Shown: piece after piece, positions 53,355-62,600 of the stretch
How the letters are laid out: each line of letters starts with the position of its first letter
Position numbering within the stretch: position 1 is the stretch's first letter
Origin: Antedon mediterranea
Lineage: Eukaryota > Animalia > Echinodermata
DNA length: 64,000 bases
NCBI RefSeq assembly: GCF_964355755.1
Contig: NC_092676.1
Location: 1,245,788 to 1,309,787, forward strand
Direction: 5' to 3'
Position numbers and translations under genes: made by a program
The notes under the pieces: generated by a model
Databases searched by the model: none
Seen by the model: the letters and a program-made list of their open reading frames with translations, nothing else
Told to the model about the DNA's origin: nothing

Positions 53355-53543
53355 TTAGACTAGACTTCTGACATTGGCTTCAGGAATGTACAGTTATATA
53401 TTAGTTACTTAAAGAATATTCACATAAAAAAAATGACATTAAAATATTATAAGACTTGGAATGTAATAGTACATTGCAGAGTTGGCATTTTGTCCTATCA
53501 GACATAGAATACATTTAAGATTATAAATATGAATACTTATTAC

Positions 53544-54230
53544 TTAATTATGCTCAAACTTTTCCACCCAAGTTCTCGTCAAGTCCAAATAGAAATCAGG
53601 TCCGTGTTTACCATAATCCATGTAATTCAATCCCGTTATACTCTTAGGAACCGCCGGTTCAATTTGCGACCCCTCATGCCACTCATTAAAAGACGTAATT
53701 GAGATCAATTCAGCTTTAACTTGAAGGGCATTTGTAAAAGCGGTTTCATAGTAATGACCGTTTGATCTTGACCTCGTGTTTTCACCATTCCAAGGTCGAA
53801 TGTTTTCATCAATATACCCAGGACCGACACTGGGGATAAATATCAAATTTTTTTCTTCGGCTGATTTCGCCAAACGTGGCCAATTTTTGTAAGTTGAACC
53901 GTAAGTAAACCCAGACGCAGCAAAATATGTGTAAAAGCCGTCAAAACCTGCGGCAGAAATGTCTGAAAGATGTTTTTGTTCTACTAATAACGCGATGAGT
54001 AGTGCGTCGTGATCGGTCCCTCTGATACTTAACTCTCCGCCAGTCTTTAGAAGATTCTTCCATTTATATGCGGGGGTGAGATACGAGTCATACAAGTATA
54101 CCAGTGGTAGAGACTTTGGCCCGTACCTGTAAAAAGCTGGATGTTTGCCATATTTGGAAATGATGTATTTTATATCGGATTTTACTGTTTTCTCGTTTCT
54201 GTCCTTGTATGGCTCACTGTGGAATGCAAC
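53544..54230 (-). CDS. MANEA: MANEA terminal coding exon (VAFHSEPY...KFEHN*), 687 nt
   Basis: Acceptor tttcttatag at 54231; open frame continues into the 183-aa ORF carrying the catalytic EWHE motif; TAA at 53544-53546. Confidence 0.95.
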   Translation of the reverse strand, partial: VAFHSEPYKDRNEKTVKSDIKYIISKYGKHPAFYRYGPKSLPLVYLYDSYLTPAYKWKNLLKTGGELSIRGTDHDALLIALLVEQKHLSDISAAGFDGFYTYFAASGFTYGSTYKNWPRLAKSAEEKNLIFIPSVGPGYIDENIRPWNGENTRSRSNGHYYETAFTNALQVKAELISITSFNEWHEGSQIEPAVPKSITGLNYMDYGKHGPDFYLDLTRTWVEKFEHN

Positions 54231-55696
54231 CTATAAGAAAAAAAAGCAGTGAATGATCAAGAGGGTGGTGTTTAAATGTTTGACAGCTACTGTAAATTAA
54301 AATTATGAACTACTTTTTGTTATCTATTTTGTTAAGCACTCTTCCGTTTAAACAATCTTGGATCCACGCAAATAAAGGCTTCAAGATGGAGGGGAGGAGT
54401 CATGACAGATAATGCTAAATGTGTAATAAACATTCAATAACATTTAAAACAAAGATCTGACTTACGTCTATACATCATTTCATCATTTTCATGAATCACA
54501 TATACTCTATTATATTTTTTGCAATTTGATGAATAAATGTATTTGTATACAATTACAAGAATACATAGATATTATATTAGCGGTGTCAATTATTGATCGA
54601 AAAAATCCTGTACCTTGATGTCGTATTTTTGTGCAGCATCTAAGAGAAAAGGTATGATGTCATCACTCGGATGGCCTTCATTGTCTGCTTTTCCAGGTGG
54701 ATACCAAGACACAACTATTACACCTGTAATCAAATTAATAAAAATGTGTTCAGTAATAACATTCTTTCAGTTTCCAGAGAGGGCATAATATTATATATAT
54801 TTCATGCAAACAATTATGTTTTTCTTTTAAATCAATTATTGAATATTCTTTACAGGGTTGATATGGCACAATAGTAAGGAACCGGTCTTGTGTATGAAAA
54901 GGTATCAGTTGAAGTCATACTAGAGTCATGTTTGCACATTTTGGCAAGATGATTTACTAAATATTGTTGTATCAAAACTTATAAATAGACTCAAGAACCT
55001 TAAGTTGTTCGTTATATGAATGGAAAATAGTTTCCTGATGACCATGCAGTTGACCAGTGACCAGTGGTGTGTCCAAACAAAAAGGTACAGTAAATATATT
55101 TACTTTTATCCTATAAGACTGAGTAAGTGTCAAAAAAAGTTCTATTACTAACCAACACGTGCTTTATACATATGCTGCATGTGAGAATCGATGACCTTGG
55201 GGTCACGAGAACTATAGCAACCAAGTTGAGGATAAAAATTGGATCCAATGTCATCAACGGGCACATGTTGTCCAGATTTCCACTTCTTGGCTTTTTTCTT
55301 ATCCCAGTGAGGTAGATATTGGTGATCCCAATGTAGGAATTCTGTGTCAAATTTTGGGTTACCATACCATGGATAGTAAAACGTGTGGATTTTATCGTTA
55401 GGTGTTTTATAGTTCGTCCTATTAAAGTTGGTATAAATCTTGTCGTTCTCTTTTTTTATTTCGTTACCAACAGCTTTCGTTTTATTTAAAGCTGGTTGTA
55501 TAAATGGAGGACGCACTGTCGGCACAATTTTCCGTTTAATTCCAAAATTGACAGAATCAGGGTGGAATTTGTATTTTTCGTCATTTTTTCTTTCAATTCT
55601 GGTTATGTGAACAACAAGTATAAAACATCCAAAAAAGGATAAAATAAAAACACTAAACGTTAGCCACCTAAACATCTTGCGGGTAAGGATTGCCAT
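53544..55696 (-). CDS. MANEA: Glycoprotein endo-alpha-1,2-mannosidase (GH99), spliced CDS complement(join(53544..54230,54614..54723,55153..55696)), 1341 nt, 446 aa
   Basis: Type II membrane anchor (WLTFSVFILSFFGCFILVVHI). GH99 motifs FYYPWYGNP, HWDH..LPHWD, DDIGSNFYPQLGCYSSRDP, SWYPP, FHSEPY, YDSY, FDGFYTYFA, PSVGPGY and catalytic ITSFNEWHEGSQIEP. All introns are GT-AG with compatible phases. Confidence 0.96.
54614..54723 (-). CDS. MANEA: MANEA coding exon 2 (VIVVSWYPPGKADNEGHPSDDIIPFLLDAAQKYDIK), 110 nt
   Basis: Acceptor attacag at 54724, donor AAG|gtacag at 54613; phase 1 to phase 0; not shown in the ORF track. Confidence 0.93.
55153..55696 (-). CDS. MANEA: MANEA coding exon 1 (MAILTRK...YKARV-G), 544 nt
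   Basis: ATG at 55696 in ACCATGG context; donor G|gttagt at 55152; upstream acceptor ttccaacag at 55753. Confidence 0.92.
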
Positions 55697-56322
55697 GGTA
55701 ATGATTAAGTTTGAATTAAAGATCTTTTCTTGTATCTTTTTTTTGACAGGCTCTGTTGGAAACAATACAATAAACAATAAATTAAATAAATTTAGTGAGT
55801 ATTTTTTAAATTTTTATCTACACTAGACTCTATTCTAGAAGGTGTACGAACCTTTCGCTATGAACACCTAAATAAATTCATAACTTTATAATTTAATCGG
55901 AAGTACTAAGTTCCACAAGTCCAGGCCTAGCCAGGACAGCCTGTTTGCTGTCTAGGGTGGGTCTGGGCCTACAATACAGAGGACCGGCCTACACTACTAC
56001 AGTACTTGCTTTTACACCCGCTTGTACCACTAGCCTAGGCCTATCTAACTTTCCCTATTAATAGGCCTAGTAGTACGGTAGGCCTATAATAGTATAAAGT
56101 ATAATTATTTAGGGCCTAGCTAGGCCCTAGCTAAGCTAGCTAATTTTTACATTTTTTTAGCTAAAAAGACGTAGTTTTTAGTTAAGTTATAATAAAATTT
56201 GATTAAAACTTTCATTTACTTTTACACTGAGGCCTATTTCTATATTATCTTTCTATAAAATCTGCAAAACTGTTTTTTAAACGTAAAAAAGTCGGGTTTT
56301 ATCGTTTTATCCAAATGAATAC

Positions 56323-56350
56323 CTTTTTCTAGACAGCGCCACCATTTTAC
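56323..56350 (-). other. Probable non-coding first exon of MANEA (5' end approximate)
   Basis: Donor AAG|gtattc at 56322, preceded by a YY1-like AAAATGGTGGCG; pairs with the acceptor at 55753. Confidence 0.5.
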
Positions 56351-56608
56351 GCCAATATCCAATGTTTTTACAACGTTAGTAACGATGCGTCCTATTGGTC
56401 TAAAGAATAACATGCCCTCTAGTTTGGCCAATTAGATTGTGTGTTATATAAATATGAACCGACGAACGTGAACGCTTTTTCTGTATCATCCTCGTGCTGA
56501 ATATTTTTGGTACATTTGCACTACATTTTATGAGATAAATTACCACATTATGGATATTTATTCTAGGAGATATTGATTTTAAAAGTTAACAGAACATTTG
56601 GTGTAAAA
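56345..56608. promoter_or_regulatory. Bidirectional promoter between MANEA and SCAF4/8
   Basis: Divergent genes. CCAAT boxes at ~56352, ~56359, ~56394 (ATTGG) and ~56429; TATATAAA at ~56445; locally CpG-retaining. Confidence 0.7.
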
Positions 56609-56638
56609 ATGGATGCGGTTAGAACGTTCAATAATGAG
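56609..56638 (+). CDS. SCAF4: SCAF4/8 exon 1 (MDAVRTFNNE)
   Basis: AAAATGG start; donor GAG|gtatgt; resembles the SCAF4/8 N-terminus. Confidence 0.9.
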
Positions 56639-59600
56639 GTATGTCATAAAAATAAAGGTTATTTAAGGTGAATGATATTGAACACATCCAGGCCGATACA
56701 GACTGTGGACGATTGTATAGCTTGATTCGGCCCGCGCCGCGCCATGCTCTTCATTCATCATGTGCTGCTCTCTCTATGTGATCTAGGCCTAGCCTGCTAA
56801 CTATTGATTTGGAATGAAAACATAATAATAATTCAAACAAACTAGCATTGGATTGAATCTCTACTAGGATTTTATAAATATTATAATTTTTTCACATTTT
56901 AGTTTTAAAAAGATGGAACATCAATAAATATTTTATATTAAATAATTTATTTTTAGACATCGTTTTTTAGGTGTACTGTATGTATGGCATAACATAAATA
57001 CAAATGTAGGTCTAGGCCAAGACAAGAAGTGTGTTTATTTATCTGTTAAATAATTAATCAAAAGGATAATATAATTGTAACAACAGTGATGTAAATTATA
57101 TTTTATAGATGTATTGGCCCCCTGATAATTGTTTTAAATTTTTTGTTGAATAGGCCTATGCACCATTTTAATAGAATATTCACTTTGACCAAAAATTGTA
57201 TAGAATACAACATTTTTCCTAAAAAATCTGTAATTTAACCAAAAAAAAGAGTCAAATTGATTGGAAGTCAATGGGTTTTTGGTTAAATGTATCCATTTAT
57301 TTTGTCTTTTTATAAATGAAAACATTTTTGCTTTCCTTTATTAAAACTGTAAAATGGCCTATTCAAGGTTGTTATTCATCTTCATTTTTCATGTTTTTAA
57401 AGGACAATATCTGAAATGTTGTATAAATTTGCATGTTTGAAATGTAATGTTTAATGATGCTAATGATGACAACAATTTTGTAATTTTTCAATATAAATTA
57501 CAAGTACTGATAAATTTATAATGTCGCTTTGTTTACAACATGAAATACATGCTCAAAGTTAGTAAATTCTGCACATGTCGGGGGGTCGAAATTGTATTAT
57601 ACATAACAAGGTTTATTGTACTGTATGGGCAAAGTACAGTACTGTAAATACTGTAAATGAAATGAAGTCTAAGGAAGATTCTACAATATTACATACAAAT
57701 AATGTAATAACTACTGTAATACTGATAGCCCTTCCCTGTAGTTTTTCAGCTAAGTTGTACGATTATGTTTTTTATCATTTTTAGAATGTTTAATTAACAT
57801 TAATATTTAACAATCATTGGCTGAACACAATGTTTTGTTGCTTGAGTGGTCACAATTCCACATTTGCAAACAATGCTACTGTATGGTCTAGGGCTGTGCA
57901 ACTTGAATATTTGAAAGCTTGTCTTGAATACAGTATTGTTTCTAACATGCTCATTGTGTAAGCAGTGAGTACAGTAATTTACATTCAATGGTCTCAAAAT
58001 CTCTACAGTACAATACACGAAAATAATAATTTTTTGGCAGTAGCGTTTTTGTAAAAGTGGGGGTCGGCATCATGGTCGCTACTGTACAGTGGTGCTTGTT
58101 GGAAATTGTCAGTTGTAGTGGTCAGCACTGACCCCGCTGAAACACAGACCCTGTGGTGAGAATCCTGTTGTACCAATTACTACTACTTAGTATGTACAGT
58201 ACAGTAATTCAAATTATACAAAGCCTGAGCACATGAAATGTTTATGTACAATATCATTACTTTTCTTGCAGCTTTCTGGCGTGTACGAGTGTAAGCCGCC
58301 CATCTCTAGGGCCAAGATGACAGCTGTCACGAAGTCCGCAATCAAATCAATTAAAATGTATAAACATGTGGTACAAAGTGTGGAGAAGTTTATACAGAAG
58401 GTATACCATGTTATTACATATTCATCAATTTTTTATTTCTAATTATAGAATAAAAGTAAACTTTATCAAAACTAATAAAAATATCAATAATATCAAAAAT
58501 AGTATAAATTTGAACACCTGCATTTTGTATGGTGTGCATCCAGGTGTCTGGTTAGGTTGTGTGAAAGTGATATTTTTCATTCAGCTGCTGTATAGTACAA
58601 TATGCTATATTGTTATAAATTGTATATTTGTAAGTAATTTTAATTAATGGTTTATGGAACCACAAAAATATGCTGTTAATGTATGCTGTGAACAAATATG
58701 GTTATTACTGAATGTAATGTATACTACTTTATTAACTAATATAATTTCTTTCTATTTAGTGTCGACCAGAATACAAAGTACCCGGGCTGTATGTTATAGA
58801 TTCAATTGTTCGTCAATCACGCCATCAGTTTGGTGCTGAGAAAGATGTGTTTGCTCCTAGGTTTGCTAAGAACATCTTTGGTACGTTTCAACATTTATTC
58901 AAATGCCCAGTGGATGACAAGGCTAAGATCGTAAGAGTACTTAATCTGTGGCAGAAGAATGGCGTGTTTACAGCCGAGACGGTGCAACCTTTACTAGATA
59001 TGGCAAACCCTGAGAATGTTGGTGAGTGTAATAATACATTCGTAGTTGTTAAAACAATATAGATTATCTGATAAAATCCTAGAAAGTAGGAAACCTTTCA
59101 CCATTTTTCCCCTGACTGCTGTTGTAATAATTGTAACATGGGTAAAAAACGTATGTATTTCATGTAAATATCAAATAGACATTGATAGTTGTACAACCCC
59201 TACAATATACTGTGAAATTGGGCAGCCTTTAAGGTTGGTATTGTACAGTAGCTACTTAATGGTTGGACCTACAATTCTGTACTGGTCACCAGAGGTTAGT
59301 ACTGATACAAAAGTGTGTGGATATACTGTATTGTTTACAGACTACAGTTATTAGACTTTTGTATATCAAGTGAATTTTAGTTGTATACAACCTACAGAAT
59401 AACAATTTTAGATAACACTTTATATGAAAATTAATATTTAGTTTATTTCTTGCATAGCTTACATGGATAAACCAATAATGTCCCTTTCTCCTTGAAGAGC
59501 GAGATATAACTCGAAAATTATAAAATCCACTGAACACCCCTATTTAATTTTTCAGTTGAAGCACCTCCTGAGCCAGTGGAATCTGTCAAAGCAGAGAATA

Positions 59601-62600
59601 CTTCATCCTCAGCTGCAGCAGCACCGGCGGCAGCTGAATCTAACCCTAAGTTAGATGATAATGCAATGGGCATTGTCTCACAGATTCTACAACAAGCTAA
59701 ACAAAATGAAGAAGTTAGTTTCAAGTTATTATTTCTAGAACCAGTAATTGTAAACAAATTAATTTGAATTTATCTCTTGACAATAGAGCAATACTGCACT
59801 TGTCAATGAAACAGCATCAAACCACATACTTAAACTAGCATACTCCTCGTAGATAATTCTTGTCATAGCTTTTTTCATCCTTAAATCTAACAATTGCAAC
59901 TCATACTTAGTTACTAGGTCTTAAAGATCCAACATAATTTTATTCAGGGAACATCTTTTTGTAGCATAGCAAAATGCTATAAAAAAACTATGATTCTATT
60001 ACACAAGTAATACCATCTAAAGCTCTGTCTACACTAGCAAACTATATGGACATGATGATGTCATATCACTACCAAATTTAGGCATATCACTACAATATTT
60101 TAGCACATCAAACTAGTTAGATAGTGTAGATAGAGTTTTAAAAAATACAGTATAAAACTATGTTTCCTACTCTGACCTCTGATCGAATTTTACTAATCAA
60201 ACTTTTCAATGAAAGTGAATTGTTTTATTTTGAAACTTTGTTTTTGTCTTAATTTTTAGCAACAAAATCAGTTGCAGCATTTACAGCAACTTCAACAGCA
60301 GCTAGAAAATCACAAAAAAGTAATGAACAAAGCTAAGCAGGTACAGACACCAGGGGGCTTAGATCCAAATATGATAGCACAGATACAGCAGCTAGCAGCA
60401 CAACTGAACGAGGTGACTAGTCAAGTGGGGGCTGTAGTGGCTAAAGCTCCACCAGAAGTAGAGCCAAAGCAGCCTCAAGTTTTCAATAAGGTATGTTAAG
60501 CTCTATCTACACTATCAAACTAGTTTGACACAAAATGTGTGATGTGCCTAAATATGGTAGTGATATGACATCATCATGTCCATATATGGTTACATCAGAT
60601 TTTTTTGTTACTCAAAGTTTTATAGTGTAGACAGAGCTTTCTAAAATAAAGTGGCAATTATCACCATCTTCTTTTACAGAACATTCACGAGTATTTACAT
60701 CATGTAGTTAGCTTTTGTACCATTTTTTCATGTATAATTATATATAGTAAAAATGAGGCCCAGACCAGATGGTTCTTCTTCCGTGGACATAAAATACTTG
60801 ATATTTATTTAAGGCAAGCAAAGATATGAGCATTGTAATTTCCATTATATTGGATAATAAAATGAATCTAAGATACATATAATCTAAAAAACATATACCA
60901 TTTCAACAGTGTTATGTACAGTATATAAATATGTATTTTAATGAAGTTTATGTACGATTTTAATATGATTGAAGTCTTTGCTGGATGACTTTGACTATGA
61001 AGACGATGACAAGCCTTCAGGGATGAAGCATGAGGCCCAGCAGCAGCAGCCACCTATCAACCAGTATTCAAAGTAAGTATGCTTCACAATACAACACACA
61101 ATAGGCTATTGTTATACTTAGCATCTTTATGTTCTTTGTTGTGTTCTATTGTAAATTACTTTTAGGTGACTGACTTTGAACAATTAAAGATTTATTGTCC
61201 TACTAAAAAAAAAAATATTTTTTTTCGAATTTTTTCTTGAATATGCCATTTTAATTTCACATAATAGTTATTCACTTTGACCAAAAATTGGATCGAAAAA
61301 AAATGATTTAAAGCAAAAAATACTTCAATTGTCTAACAGACAATGTTGTTGTTTTTTTAACAGAAGTGAATAACTTTATTAAAACTACAAATGGCCTATT
61401 TAAAGTATGATTTTAATAATCTTTATTTTAATGTTTTGGGGGACAATACATCTTTAATCTATGTTATTCAATAATTTAATTTTCCATCTGAATTAACAAA
61501 AATATTCATTACATAACTATAACAACCATAATATTAATATTGACCTTTCTCTGACCCCAGTAATTGTATTAATTTTTTCTACGATTGTTACTTTCAATTA
61601 TATACCCATTTGATATTTTTAGTTTCGCTATGCAAAATGAAATGGAAATGGCGCCACCATTGAACAACATACCACATCCAAATCTGCCACATCAGCCTGT
61701 CCCCAATCCATACAACCATCATCTAATGCAACAACAAGAGGCGTTCAATAGAGAAATACAGCAGCAACAACAGCATCAACAGGTAAATAAAAATAGGTTG
61801 ATTTTAATTTGGAATGATAGAAAAGGAGAGAATAATGTACACAAAAGAACAATCTGTATCAAGCTCGGTCTACACTATTAAACTTTATGTGAAAATGTGG
61901 TGTGCCCAAATGTGGACATGATAATGTCATATCACTACCATATTTGGGTGTATCCCCACTATATTTGGACACATCACACTTTTTTTTTGATAGTGTAGAC
62001 AGAGTTTAAGCCTGTGTATATCGTTTACTATCAAAACTGTCTTTTGGTAGTTTGCGTTCATGATCTAATGTTTGATCTGACAAGAACAATTAAACATTTA
62101 GTTAGAAAGAAATCTGTCTGAGTAGTCTACTGTCTCGGAACTCAAAAGCTTCAAATATCTAATATAGACAGTTTTGAAATTATCAACAACTGAAAAAAAT
62201 GTTCTGTAAGGTTTTACAAAAATTTGCCTTGTGTATGTAACATTGTGACACTCCTGTTTGTAGCCTCCAGAGCCATCAGATATGGGAATGGAGTCGGAGC
62301 AAAGTGTGGAAGTTGGAGAGGTCAGGTCACCTAGAAGACGCAGTCACTCAAGGTATTGTATTCAACTAGTTTCATAAAAAAAATTATTTACAAATTTTAA
62401 AACAGTAGGATCTCTTTTTTGGGATTATTAAATGGACACCTTTGTTAATAAGACTGGCAATCTAGCCCTTGGCCACACGTTGTAATGTTGCGTTACTTAT
62501 TTAATAAAAGTATATAATAATAAATTAGATACTTTCACATGAAATGAATGTTTTGAAATTCTACAACCGATTCAGGAAAACCTCATATTAAAGAGACCAC

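Noticed and set aside
55697-55777. N-terminal extension of MANEA shown in the ORF track
   Set aside because: Non-ATG start that crosses the acceptor at 55753; the ATG at 55696 fits a type II membrane protein.
2837-57435. Window-wide enrichment of ATGCAAAT octamers
   Set aside because: About nine copies seen against roughly five expected from base composition; not convincing.
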